From positions 176,613-240,612 of the forward strand of contig CAWISO010000027.1 in assembly GCA_963838755.1 (NCBI GenBank): DNA of 64,000 nucleotides, given 5' to 3'. Origin of the DNA: an uncultured Actinomycetota bacterium (lineage in GTDB: Bacteria; Actinomycetota; Actinomycetes; Mycobacteriales; Mycobacteriaceae). Below, piece by piece: positions 48,518 to 59,284 of this stretch (position 1 is the first letter of the stretch; the number at the start of each line of letters is the position of its first letter). The notes beneath the pieces are model-generated. The model ran no database searches. It had not been told where the DNA came from and worked only from the letters and a program-made list of their open reading frames with translations. Both the position numbers and the translations under genes were made by a program.

Positions 48518-50989
48518 CTATTCGGCGCCCCCGGCGTCGCCGGCGCTGCCATCCATGCCGCGGATGGACGCGAGGGTCGCGGCCAGCTCATCGGGCTTGA
48601 CCAGCACGTCGCGCGCCTTGGACCCCTCGGACGGTCCGACGATCCCGCGAGTCTCCATCAAGTCCATCAGCCGGCCGGCTTTGGCGAACCCGACCCGAAG
48701 CTTGCGCTGCAGCATCGACGTGGAACCGAATTGGCTGGACACCACCAGTTCTACGGCTTGCAGGAACACGTCCATGTCGTCGCCGATGTCGGGGTCGACA
48801 TCGGTGCGTTCGCCGGTGGGCTTGGCGGTGGTGACACCGTCGGTGTACTGGGGTTCGGCCTGTTCTTTGCACGCGGCGACGACGGCGTGGATCTCCTCGT
48901 CGGTGATGAACGCTCCCTGCAGGCGGATCGGTTTACTTGCGCCCATCGGCAGGAACAGGCCGTCGCCCATGCCGATCAGCTTCTCGGCGCCAGCCTGATC
49001 CAGGATCACCCTGCTGTCGGTGAGCGACGACGTCGCAAACGCCAGCCGGGACGGCACATTGGTCTTGATCAACCCGGTAACCACGTCGACCGAAGGCCGT
49101 TGGGTGGCCAGCACCAGATGGATGCCCGCGGCGCGGGCCTTCTGGGTAATCCGCACGACGGCGTCCTCGACGTCGCGGGGCGCGGTCATCATCAGGTCGG
49201 CGAGCTCGTCGACGATCGCGACCACGTACGGGTAGGGCCGGTATTCCCGCTGGCTGCCCAGCGGTGCGGTGATCGCGCCGGATCGGACCTTGTCGTTGAA
49301 GTCGTCGATGTGACGTACTCGCGACGCCTGCATGTCCTGGTAGCGCTGTTCCATCTCCTCGACCAGCCACGCCAGTGCGGCGGCAGCCTTCTTCGGCTGG
49401 GTGATGATCGGCGTGATCAGATGCGGAATGCCTTCATACGGCGTGAGTTCCACCATCTTCGGGTCGATCAGGATCATCCGGACTTCTTCCGGGGTGGCCC
49501 GCGCCAGCAACGAAACCAGCATGGAGTTGACGAAACTGGACTTCCCGGACCCGGTGGACCCGGCCACCAGCAGATGCGGCATCTTGGCCAAGTTCCACGA
49601 AATATATTCGCCCTCAATGTCTTTGCCCAACGCGATGACAAGCGGGTCGTGATCGCGCCGCGTTGCTGGCGCGGTGAGCACGTCGGCCAGCCGGACCATC
49701 TCACGATCGGTGTTGGGCACCTCGATGCCGACGGCGGACTTGCCGGGGATCGGCGCCAGCATCCGCACACTCTCGGTGGCCACCGCGTAGGCGATATTGC
49801 GGTGCAGCGCGGTGATCTTCTCTACCTTGACCCCGGGCCCCAGTTCCACCTCGTAGCGGGTAACGGTCGGCCCGCGGGTGCAGCCGGTGACCGCCGCGTC
49901 GACCTTGAACTGCTGCAGCACCGACGTGATCGCTTCAGCCATATGGTCATTGGCAGAGCTGCGTTTCTTGGGCGGGTCGCCCGCCACCAACAAATGCAGC
50001 GACGGCAGCGTGTAGGGCCCTTCCACGACCCGGTCGAGCGATTTCCCCGCGGATTTGGCGCCACGACGGCCACGCGACACCGCGGGCTCCGGCACCGTTG
50101 GGCTGTCGTCGATACCAACGGCAGAGCTGCTGGACGGCCATGCTTGTGCCTCGTCGTCGCCGTAGGCGGCAGGGTCATCGTAGTACCCGTCGGAAAAGTC
50201 ATCGGCGACACCGCTTTCGATCTCCGGGTCGTAGCTCACCGGCCCGGTGTCCTCGTCGAACATCCGGGTGCCGAACAGGGCGCGCATCGTCTCGGGCACC
50301 TCACGAATCGTGGTGCCGGCCAATAGCAGCAGCCCAAACAGCGCGCCGATGAACAGCAGTGGTGCGCAGATCCACGCGGTAAGCCCTTCGGCCAGCGGTC
50401 CCCCGATGGCGAAGCCGATGAATCCCGCCGCGTGCGCGCGGCCGGCTGGGGTTTCCGGCGAGCCGGCCCACAGATGCCACAAGCCAAGAAGGGGTAGCGC
50501 GACTATCGCCGCGCCGAGAACCAGCCGCGGCCGCGCCTCGGGATTGGGCTCGGTGCGCATCAACAGCACCGCTACGGCGGCGGTCGCGACCGGGAGCACC
50601 ACGACCGCCGAGCCGATGAACATCCGCAGCACCGAGTCGACCCACGCCCCGACCGGACGGGCCGCGTCGAACCAGGAGCTGGCGGCGACGACGACCGCGA
50701 GCCCCAGCATCGCCAAGGCAATCCCGTCGCGGCGATGCCCCGGGTCGATGTCGCGCGCCCGGCCGACCGACCGCGCCGTGGTGCCGGTCCCCCTGGCCAC
50801 CATCAGCCAGGTCGCGCGCACGGCACGCCCGCAGGTCAATCCGGCGCTGGTCACCAGTGAGTGATGGCGACGCCTGGCGGACCTTCTAGGAGGTTTCGGC
50901 CGCGGCCGCGCTGACCGGCTAACGCGCCGCGAAGCGGTCTTTGACCTGCTCGTTCGGCCGCGAGATCGGGCCACAGTCTTGCTAGCCAT
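48518..50989 (-). CDS. ftsK: DNA translocase FtsK
   Basis: 4-TM N-terminus, GSTGSGKS, VDELADLM, ATQRPS, gamma domain STSMLQRKLRVGF; start approximate. Confidence 0.97.
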   Translation of the reverse strand: MASKTVARSRGRTSRSKTASRRVSRSARPRPKPPRRSARRRHHSLVTSAGLTCGRAVRATWLMVARGTGTTARSVGRARDIDPGHRRDGIALAMLGLAVVVAASSWFDAARPVGAWVDSVLRMFIGSAVVVLPVATAAVAVLLMRTEPNPEARPRLVLGAAIVALPLLGLWHLWAGSPETPAGRAHAAGFIGFAIGGPLAEGLTAWICAPLLFIGALFGLLLLAGTTIREVPETMRALFGTRMFDEDTGPVSYDPEIESGVADDFSDGYYDDPAAYGDDEAQAWPSSSSAVGIDDSPTVPEPAVSRGRRGAKSAGKSLDRVVEGPYTLPSLHLLVAGDPPKKRSSANDHMAEAITSVLQQFKVDAAVTGCTRGPTVTRYEVELGPGVKVEKITALHRNIAYAVATESVRMLAPIPGKSAVGIEVPNTDREMVRLADVLTAPATRRDHDPLVIALGKDIEGEYISWNLAKMPHLLVAGSTGSGKSSFVNSMLVSLLARATPEEVRMILIDPKMVELTPYEGIPHLITPIITQPKKAAAALAWLVEEMEQRYQDMQASRVRHIDDFNDKVRSGAITAPLGSQREYRPYPYVVAIVDELADLMMTAPRDVEDAVVRITQKARAAGIHLVLATQRPSVDVVTGLIKTNVPSRLAFATSSLTDSRVILDQAGAEKLIGMGDGLFLPMGASKPIRLQGAFITDEEIHAVVAACKEQAEPQYTDGVTTAKPTGERTDVDPDIGDDMDVFLQAVELVVSSQFGSTSMLQRKLRVGFAKAGRLMDLMETRGIVGPSEGSKARDVLVKPDELAATLASIRGMDGSAGDAGGAE

Positions 50990-51143
50990 GCCCGCAAGCC
51001 TAATCGCAAATGCACCATCTGCACCATCCGCCACACTGGTTATCAGGCTGTGACCGTCCGTTCCCTGCATGAAAAGGCGCAGTAGGGTGACAGCGGTCAC
51101 TTGATCGTCAGTGCCACCCACCCAAAGCTCGCAGGAGGCCCGC

Positions 51144-51458
51144 ATGCCCGTCGTCGTTGTCGCCACCCTGACCGTCAAACCGGAATCCGTCGACACCGTG
51201 CGCGAAATCCTCACCCGCGCGGCCGAAGAAGTGCACGAGGAGCCGGGCTGTCAGCTCTATTCTGTGCACCAATCCGGCGAGACCTTCGTCTTCGTCGAGC
51301 AGTGGGCCGATGAAGAGGCGCTCAAGACCCACAGCAGCGCGCCGGCAGTTAGCAAGATGTTCAGCGCGGCCGGCGAGCACCTGGCCGGAGCTCCGGACAT
51401 CAAGATGCTGCAGCCCGTTCCTGCGGGCGATCCGGCCAAGGGACAGCTGCGCCCCTGA
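51144..51458 (+). CDS. ABM/putative quinol monooxygenase (Rv2749 orthologue)
   Basis: VH.EPGC.LY, FVE.W....AL..H; AGGAGG RBS. Confidence 0.88.
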   Translation: MPVVVVATLTVKPESVDTVREILTRAAEEVHEEPGCQLYSVHQSGETFVFVEQWADEEALKTHSSAPAVSKMFSAAGEHLAGAPDIKMLQPVPAGDPAKGQLRP

Positions 51459-52276
51459 TGGTGCGACCCCTAGAAGGAAAGGTTGCCTTCATCACTGGCG
51501 CGGCACGCGGCCAGGGACGAGCGCACGCGGTGCGGCTGGCCGCCGACGGCGCCAGCATCATCGCAGTCGACCTGTGCGACCAGATCGCCAGCGTCCGGTA
51601 TCCACTGGCGACCCTCGACGACCTGGCGGCCACCGTCAAACTGGTCGAGGACACCGGTGCCGGCATCGTGGCCGCCCGTGGCGACGTCCGCGACCGGGCA
51701 TCGCTGTCTTCCGCCCTGCGAGCGGGTCTTGACGAGTTCGGCCGCCTCGACATCGTGGTGGCCAATGCCGGTATCGCTCCTATGGAATCCGGTGACGACG
51801 GCTGGCATGACGTCCTCGACGTCAACCTCACCGGCGTCTACAACACCATCAAGGTCGCGATACCGACCATGGTCAAACAAGACACCGGCGGATCAATCGT
51901 GCTGATCAGTTCGTCTGCCGGGCTGGCCGGCGTCGGCAGCCCGGACGCCGGTTCTGTGGGGTATGCCGCCGCCAAGCACGGGGTGGTGGGGTTGATGCGA
52001 ATATACGCGAATCTGCTTGCACGACAGAATATCCGGGTCAACTCTATCCATCCGTCCGGTGTCGAAACCCCGATGATCAACAACGATTTCACCCGGGAGT
52101 GGCTGGCTAAGATGGCAGCCGCGACCGACACACCGGGAGCCATGGGCAACGCGATGCCGGTAGAGGTGCTCACACCCGAGGACATCGCCAACGCGGTGGC
52201 ATGGCTGGTGTCCGACCAGGCTCGCTACGTCACCGGAGTTACCTTGCCGGTCGATGCGGGCTTTTTGAACAAATAG
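51458..52276 (+). CDS. Mycofactocin-coupled SDR oxidoreductase (Rv2750 orthologue)
   Basis: [16 protein letters not shown] insertion, Y.AAKHG. Confidence 0.9.
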   Translation: MVRPLEGKVAFITGAARGQGRAHAVRLAADGASIIAVDLCDQIASVRYPLATLDDLAATVKLVEDTGAGIVAARGDVRDRASLSSALRAGLDEFGRLDIVVANAGIAPMESGDDGWHDVLDVNLTGVYNTIKVAIPTMVKQDTGGSIVLISSSAGLAGVGSPDAGSVGYAAAKHGVVGLMRIYANLLARQNIRVNSIHPSGVETPMINNDFTREWLAKMAAATDTPGAMGNAMPVEVLTPEDIANAVAWLVSDQARYVTGVTLPVDAGFLNK

Positions 52277-52360
52277 CCGCGATGCCACGAAATCCTGCTT
52301 GACGACACGCCACAAGGTGAGCATCCCCAGGTCAGCCTCTAACAGCGGGATACTCAGGGC

Positions 52361-52732
52361 GTGGCCAGCACCGAAGCTGTCAGCTTCTACGGCCCGTCGC
52401 CGCCGGCTTCTCGGCGCGAGATGCTCGCTACCGCCGATCCGCCTTACCGATTCCTGTCGGCGCACCAAGCCGCGGTGCTTGATGCCGCCACCCACCGCTT
52501 GGCGCCCGGGCCGAAGGACGTGGTCAGCTACCCAATCCGGCTGTTGTGGCTCTGTGTCGCCGACTTTCGCGACGAGTACCTCACCGGCATCGCGTTGCTC
52601 GACCGCCAAGCCGGCGGAGACTTCACCACGGTGGCGCCGTTGCGCCAGGACTTGATTTTGTCCCAGCGGCAGCTGGCGTCGTTCACCGGTCTGCTGTTCG
52701 GTCACATCATCGAAGCGATCTACGCCCGCTAA
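52361..52732 (+). CDS. Short internally deleted paralogue of the downstream gluconate-2-dehydrogenase subunit-3-like gene (possible pseudogene)
   Basis: Shares LSAHQAAVLDAAT.RL.PGP, GIALLD..AGGDF, QD.IL, SFT.LLFGH.IE with 52808-53638. Confidence 0.65.
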   Translation: MASTEAVSFYGPSPPASRREMLATADPPYRFLSAHQAAVLDAATHRLAPGPKDVVSYPIRLLWLCVADFRDEYLTGIALLDRQAGGDFTTVAPLRQDLILSQRQLASFTGLLFGHIIEAIYAR

Positions 52733-52807
52733 GTCGGATAGTCAGTCCGACACGCCGCATACCGGGCATTCCGCTGGTCAGCCCCATATCCGCGTCATAC
52801 TCGGCCC

Positions 52808-53638
52808 GTGGCCAGCAAACGGGTCGTCCGTGGATGCGGATGCGGTCAGGCGGCGCCGGTGTCCCGGCGCGCGGTGCTCGGCGGGCTGAGTCTGCTGCCA
52901 CTGGTCGCGGTAAACGGCGTATTCCCGGCCGCTTCCGCCGATCCCGCCGATGCCGTCGAGGCCGCCGACACGCCATACCTGTATCTCTCCGCGCACCAGG
53001 CCGCGGTGCTCGACGCCGCCACCCGCCGTCTAGTGCCCGGGCCGGAAGACGACGCGGCCGAGCTCGGCAGTCCGGGAGCGCACGAGGCGAACGTGGTCCG
53101 CTACCTGGACATCATGCTTGCGGCGTTCTCGTTCTCGCCGCCGAAGGTGCACGCAGGCGGACCTTGGAGCAACCGCGCCGGCGGCTCGCAGGACTTCATG
53201 GCCGACTTCGTCCCGCTCGACCGCGCCCAGAATTACGCGTGGCAACAGCGGATCGCCGACCTCCGGACCCAGTACACCAACGGCATTGCGCTACTTGACC
53301 AGTTGGCCGGTGGCGACTTCAGCACGGCGCCGACGACGCAACAAGACAGCATCCTGACAACCGGTCAGGCGGTGTCCTTCACTCAGTTGCTGTTCGGTCA
53401 CACCATCGAGGGGATGTACTCCGTCCCGGAGTACGGCGGCAACGCGAACCTCGTCGGTTGGCGCGACATCAAGTGGCCAGGGGACATCCAGCCGCGGGGC
53501 TACACCGACGCCGAGGTCGAGGGCCCGGCCGGGGACTTGCTGGACACCAACGGAATCGTCGGCCTGCTCGTGCGCGGGGGGTGGGCGCAGGCCATCGCCA
53601 AAATGGGGGGAAAGGCCGGCGTCAATGCCGGCCGGTAA
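52808..53638 (+). CDS. Gluconate 2-dehydrogenase subunit-3-like protein with Tat signal
   Basis: SRRAVL twin-arginine plus hydrophobic core and ASA; PGA.EA.VV.Y.D, HTIEGMY..PEYGGN...GW..I..PG. Confidence 0.8.
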   Translation: MASKRVVRGCGCGQAAPVSRRAVLGGLSLLPLVAVNGVFPAASADPADAVEAADTPYLYLSAHQAAVLDAATRRLVPGPEDDAAELGSPGAHEANVVRYLDIMLAAFSFSPPKVHAGGPWSNRAGGSQDFMADFVPLDRAQNYAWQQRIADLRTQYTNGIALLDQLAGGDFSTAPTTQQDSILTTGQAVSFTQLLFGHTIEGMYSVPEYGGNANLVGWRDIKWPGDIQPRGYTDAEVEGPAGDLLDTNGIVGLLVRGGWAQAIAKMGGKAGVNAGR

Positions 53639-55373
53639 AGCGATCGTCGTCGGATCGGGCCCGGGAGGGTCGGTGATGGCGATGGAGCTTGCGGAGGCCG
53701 GCTGGGACGTCGTGATCTTCGAGATGGGCCCCAGCTACTACACCAACCTCGAGGGACAAGGACCCTTCCCGACGGTGTTCTCCAACGACGAGCTCAAGTC
53801 GCAGTACCGCTACTTCGAGCAGCCGGACCCGCTGGCCTACCCGCGTACGTTTCGCCAAACCGCCCGCCAGAATGCGGCGGCGACCTACGTCGGCGACGTC
53901 AACGATCTTCCTAATCAGGTCGGCGGCGCATTCCCGCACTCGGACGTGAAGGTCACCCGGATGTGGGACATCGACTTCAAGGGACTATCGCTGCTCGGCC
54001 CGGTGCCCGGCGCTGACATGGCGGATTGGCCGTTCGAGTACAACGAGCTCGCGCCCTACTACGACGAGGTGGAGACGCTAATCGGGGTGCAAGGCGACGT
54101 CGCGTCCATACCGGCTTTCGTCCAGAAGCACCAGCCGCAATCCAAGCCCTACCCGATGCCGCCCGGCGCGCAGATGCGCTCGTCGATGCTCCTTGCTGCA
54201 GGGGCGAAGCGGGTAGGGCTGCATCCGTTCTCCTTTCCGATGGCGGCCAATTCGGTCGAATACAACGGCTCCCCGGCCTGCAACAACTGCGGGTTCTGCT
54301 CGGGCTACGGTTGCCCGATCTCCGCCAAGCCGGGCAACCTCGTCATGCTGCGGCGGGCGCTGCAGACCGGGCGGGCGCAGTTGCGGCCGCAGACGACCGT
54401 CACCCAGGTCAACTACGCCGGACGTCGGGCCACCGGCGTCTCCTTTATCGACGCAGCGGGCAATGCCGGTGGGGAGAGCGCCGACGTGGTTGTGCTGGCT
54501 TGCTCCGCGGTCTTGACGCCGCGGTTGGCGCTGCTGTCCAACCTGCCCGACCCCTACGCCCGCATCGGCAAACGGATCATGTTCCAAAACTTCTACGACG
54601 GCTTCGCGATCTTCCTCAACCAGCGAGTGCACGCCTACCGCGGTCGCTCGTGCACGCAGGTGGTGTTCGACTTCAACGATCCCGACTTCCCCGGAGCTCG
54701 AATATTCGCCCGGCTGGCCGGGTTGCCATATATCCGTGCCGGCCTGTGCGAACTCGGCGGCAGCCAGAACCCGATCGCGGAAGGCAAGTTCTACCAGGAG
54801 ATCCTGGGGTTTCTGCCCGGTGTGCAGTTTTTCGGCCGCACGTTCAAAGAGCTGATGCGCGCCTCGCTGCTGCGCGACCGACTCGCCGGCGTCGATTGTT
54901 TCGCCACCGACATGCCATACCTGAGCAATAACGTCACCCTCGACCCGACGATCAAAGACCTCAACGGGCAGCCGGCGCCCCGGGTCACCTACAAGATCGG
55001 AAAGTTCGAGCAGGCATCGCAAGACTTCTTCATACCGCTGCTCTCCACGATGTGCGGGGCATCTGGCGCCCAGCTGTACGCTGCCGTACCTCAGAGCACC
55101 GCGAATTCGCTGAGCGGCACTGCACCACCGACCGGCTTGCACTCCATGGGCGGAATGCAGATGGGCGTGAACCCGATGGCGAGTGTCGTCGATGGCAATG
55201 GACGAATGCACCAGATGGACAATGTGTTCTGCGCCGACGGCAGCGTGTTCGCCACCTCCGGGGGCTCTAATCCCACCAACACGATCATGGCGGTCGCGCT
55301 GCGCACGGCGCGCGGGCTCACCGGCAGGCGGCCTCTTTCATTGGCTCCCGCGGCCGCGCCGGCATTTGGCTAG
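53625..55373 (+). CDS. GMC family FAD oxidoreductase
   Basis: GSGPGG, WP..Y.EL.PYY..VE, CNNCGFCSGYGC Cys cluster, H.MGG..MG, DGSVF.TSG..NPT.TI.A. Confidence 0.9.
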   Translation: MPAGKAIVVGSGPGGSVMAMELAEAGWDVVIFEMGPSYYTNLEGQGPFPTVFSNDELKSQYRYFEQPDPLAYPRTFRQTARQNAAATYVGDVNDLPNQVGGAFPHSDVKVTRMWDIDFKGLSLLGPVPGADMADWPFEYNELAPYYDEVETLIGVQGDVASIPAFVQKHQPQSKPYPMPPGAQMRSSMLLAAGAKRVGLHPFSFPMAANSVEYNGSPACNNCGFCSGYGCPISAKPGNLVMLRRALQTGRAQLRPQTTVTQVNYAGRRATGVSFIDAAGNAGGESADVVVLACSAVLTPRLALLSNLPDPYARIGKRIMFQNFYDGFAIFLNQRVHAYRGRSCTQVVFDFNDPDFPGARIFARLAGLPYIRAGLCELGGSQNPIAEGKFYQEILGFLPGVQFFGRTFKELMRASLLRDRLAGVDCFATDMPYLSNNVTLDPTIKDLNGQPAPRVTYKIGKFEQASQDFFIPLLSTMCGASGAQLYAAVPQSTANSLSGTAPPTGLHSMGGMQMGVNPMASVVDGNGRMHQMDNVFCADGSVFATSGGSNPTNTIMAVALRTARGLTGRRPLSLAPAAAPAFG

Positions 55374-57055
55374 ATTTCGATCACGGTGGGCACGATCATC
55401 GGCTGCCGCCGATAAGTGTCGCCTACCCACTTGCCGACCGTGCGGCGCACCGCCTGGGCAATCCTGGCCGGATCGGTGACGTTCTCGGCCACCAGCGATT
55501 CCAGCTCGGCTTCGACCTTGCGGACGGCCGGCTCCAGCGCCTTGGGATCTTCGGAGAAGCCCCGCGAATGCAGTTGCGGCGGAGCCGCCGGACGCCCGGT
55601 TCCTCGTCGCACTACCACCGTCACAGCGACGAAACCCGATGACAGGATGAGTCGTTCGCCCAATGTGATGTCGCCGACGTCACCGGTGATCAGCCCGTCG
55701 ACGAACATCTTGCCGACCGGCACCGCGCCGGCGATGCTGACCCTGCCGCCAAAAAGGTCGACGCTGACCCCGTTTTCCGCCAACACGATCGAGGATTCCG
55801 GCACTCCCGTGCTGGCGGCGAGTTTGGCGTTCGCCCTCAGCATCCGCCAGGTCCCGTGCACCGGCATGACATTGCGGGGCCGCACCCCGTTGTAGAGGAA
55901 CAGCAGTTCACCGGCATAGGCGTGACCCGAAACATGCACGCGAACTTGCTGATTGGTGACGACGCGGGCTCCGATTTTGGACAGCGAGTCGATGACGTCG
56001 TAGACGGCTTCCTCGTTGCCCGGTATCAGCGACGACGAGAGAATGATCAGATCCTCTGCGGTGAGCGTGATGCTCCGGTGCTCCCCGCGGGACATCCGCG
56101 ACAGCGCTGACATCGGCTCGCCCTGAGTTCCGGTGGTGATCAGCACAATCTGATCGGCCGACATCATCTCCGCGGCGCCGATGTCGACCAGATCGGAGTC
56201 GGCCACCCGCAAAAAGCCGAGCTCCCGCGCGATGCCCATGTTGCGCACCATCGACCGCCCGACGAAGGACACCCGTCGACCCAGGGCCGTCGCCGCGTCA
56301 ATGATCTGCTGCACCCGATCCACATTGGAGGCGAAACATGCCACGATCACGCGTCCGTGCGCGCCGCGGATCAGCCGGTGCAGCGTCGGCCCGACCTCGC
56401 TTTCCGACGGCCCCACCCCGGGGATCTCGGAGTTGGTCGAGTCGCACAAAAACAGGTCCACGCCGGCTCCATCGGTTGAGCCCAGCCGGGACATGCCGGG
56501 CAGATCGGTGGGCCGCCCGTCCAGGGGCAGCTGATCGAGTTTGATGTCGCCGGTGTGCAAAACAGTTCCAGCACCGGTGCGCACCGCGATAGCCAGCGCG
56601 TCGGGAATGGAGTGGTTGACCGCGAAATACTCGCACTCGAATACCCCGTGAGTGGTGCGCAGGCCCTCCGACACCTCGACGAACACTGGTTTGAGCCGGT
56701 GCTCACGGCATTTCGCGGCAACCAAGGCCAAGGTGAACTTCGAGCCGACAACCGGAATGTCGGGCCGCAGCTTGAGCACAAACGGGATCGCCCCGATGTG
56801 GTCTTCGTGGGCGTGCGTCAACACCAGCGCCTCGACGTCGTCGAGCCGGGGTTCGATATGACGCAGATCGGGCAGGATCAGGTCGACACCGGGTTCGTCG
56901 TGGGTGGGAAACATCACCCCACAGTCGATGATCAGCAACCGGCCCATGTGCTCGAAAACCGTCATGTTGCGGCCGATTTCGCTGATCCCGCCCAGCGCGG
57001 TGACCCGCAGACCGCCAGTGGTCAGCGGACCTGGCGGACGAAGGTCTACATCCAC
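55370..57055 (-). CDS. rnj: Ribonuclease J
   Basis: LGGISEIGRNM, THAHEDHIG, HTGD.K, HVSGHA. Confidence 0.97.
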   Translation of the reverse strand: MDVDLRPPGPLTTGGLRVTALGGISEIGRNMTVFEHMGRLLIIDCGVMFPTHDEPGVDLILPDLRHIEPRLDDVEALVLTHAHEDHIGAIPFVLKLRPDIPVVGSKFTLALVAAKCREHRLKPVFVEVSEGLRTTHGVFECEYFAVNHSIPDALAIAVRTGAGTVLHTGDIKLDQLPLDGRPTDLPGMSRLGSTDGAGVDLFLCDSTNSEIPGVGPSESEVGPTLHRLIRGAHGRVIVACFASNVDRVQQIIDAATALGRRVSFVGRSMVRNMGIARELGFLRVADSDLVDIGAAEMMSADQIVLITTGTQGEPMSALSRMSRGEHRSITLTAEDLIILSSSLIPGNEEAVYDVIDSLSKIGARVVTNQQVRVHVSGHAYAGELLFLYNGVRPRNVMPVHGTWRMLRANAKLAASTGVPESSIVLAENGVSVDLFGGRVSIAGAVPVGKMFVDGLITGDVGDITLGERLILSSGFVAVTVVVRRGTGRPAAPPQLHSRGFSEDPKALEPAVRKVEAELESLVAENVTDPARIAQAVRRTVGKWVGDTYRRQPMIVPTVIEI

Positions 57056-57074
57056 CTGTGCGCCGCCCTCCGGC

Positions 57075-57986
<912 letters not shown>

Positions 57987-58031
57987 TTACCTGGCGGCGC
58001 CAGCCGTATTCGGCAGCGCAACGAGCACGGC

Positions 58032-58784
58032 TTAGGCCTCGGTGGCCAGCGGGCTCGTCGCGACCTCGGTGCCGTCGGCCAGCGTCGCGACGTCAAAGTC
58101 GCCGAACACCGCAGGCGCGACGTCGACGAGTTGGCGCAGGCACGCGATGGCCAACCGCCGGATCTCCACATCCGCGTGCTCACTGGCGCGCACGGCGATG
58201 AAGTGCCTCCACGCCCGGTAGTTTCCAGTGACCACGATGCGGGTTTCGGTGGCGTTGGGTAGTACGGCGCGGGCGGCTTGACGAGCTTGTTTGCGTCGTA
58301 ACACGGCGTTGGGCTGGTCGACGAACTTGGCTTCCAGCTTGCCCAGCAGCTCGGTGTAAGTAGCGCGGTTGGCGTCAGCGGCCTCAGCGAGGATCTGCTG
58401 CAATTCGGCATCGTCCTCCATGCCGGGAGGCACTACGATCTGGGACTCTTTTTCCGGCACGTAGCGCTGCGACAGCTGGGAGTAGGAGAAGTGCCGGTGC
58501 CTGATCAGCTCGTGAGTGCACGATCGCGAGATGCCGGTGATGTAGAACGACACACTGGCATGCTCGAGCACCGAGAGATGCCCGACGTCGATGATGTGCC
58601 GCAGGTAGCCGGCGTTGGTCGCGGTTTTGGGATTGGGCTTTGACCAGCTCTGATAGCACGCGCGGCCGGCGAACTCGACCAGCGCTTGGCCGCCGTCGGC
58701 GTCAGTGCCCCAGGGCACGTCTGGCGGCGCGACGAACTCGGTCTTCGCGATCAGTTGCACGTGCAACCCAGCGGTCTCGGCCAC
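58032..58784 (-). CDS. thyX: FAD-dependent thymidylate synthase
   Basis: [21 protein letters not shown]; TAGGGT -10 7 nt before GTG. Confidence 0.97.
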   Translation of the reverse strand: MAETAGLHVQLIAKTEFVAPPDVPWGTDADGGQALVEFAGRACYQSWSKPNPKTATNAGYLRHIIDVGHLSVLEHASVSFYITGISRSCTHELIRHRHFSYSQLSQRYVPEKESQIVVPPGMEDDAELQQILAEAADANRATYTELLGKLEAKFVDQPNAVLRRKQARQAARAVLPNATETRIVVTGNYRAWRHFIAVRASEHADVEIRRLAIACLRQLVDVAPAVFGDFDVATLADGTEVATSPLATEA

Positions 58785-58807
58785 GGCGATCACCCTAGCC
58801 GCAGCTT

Positions 58808-59284
58808 TCAGCGGCGGCAGCCCGCCGCTACGTAGCCGAGTGCGGCTGCAAGCACGGCAAACTTGGACAGCGCCGCGGTTCTGGCGCGCCGCGTATTGGC
58901 GATCACACGCGTGCCATTGAGCACCTTGAGTAGCGATACACCTTCGATCGCGTCACCGGCGACGGCACCGATCGCCAAGGCCGGAAGCACAGCTGGGTGG
59001 CCGCGGCGACGGCGAGTGCGGTCGAGCAGTTCGGCGATCAGCGCGCCGTAGGTCAGCATGTAGCCGAAGTCGAGCCACAGGGATAACCGGGCAGCCCGCC
59101 GGCCGTCCGGGCCCCAGCGGGACATCATTGCTTCGGCTCGAGACGCGTTGCCTGCCAGTTCGAAGGCGATGATTCCAGGGCCCCCGGTGCGACGGAGCCG
59201 TCGCTCGATCGACAGCATCACGCCGGTGTAACCAACGAAGAGCCCCGTCAAGGCCGCCAGTGAACTTCTGCGTCTGCTCATCAC
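58808..59284 (-). CDS. Hypothetical membrane protein
   Basis: Four hydrophobic segments; GII.FELAG, SLWLDF.YM..Y; overlaps upstream stop. Confidence 0.7.
   Translation of the reverse strand: MMSRRRSSLAALTGLFVGYTGVMLSIERRLRRTGGPGIIAFELAGNASRAEAMMSRWGPDGRRAARLSLWLDFGYMLTYGALIAELLDRTRRRRGHPAVLPALAIGAVAGDAIEGVSLLKVLNGTRVIANTRRARTAALSKFAVLAAALGYVAAGCRR

Noticed and set aside
48494-50326. 610-aa plus-strand ORF
   Set aside because: Antisense to ftsK with no recognisable motifs.
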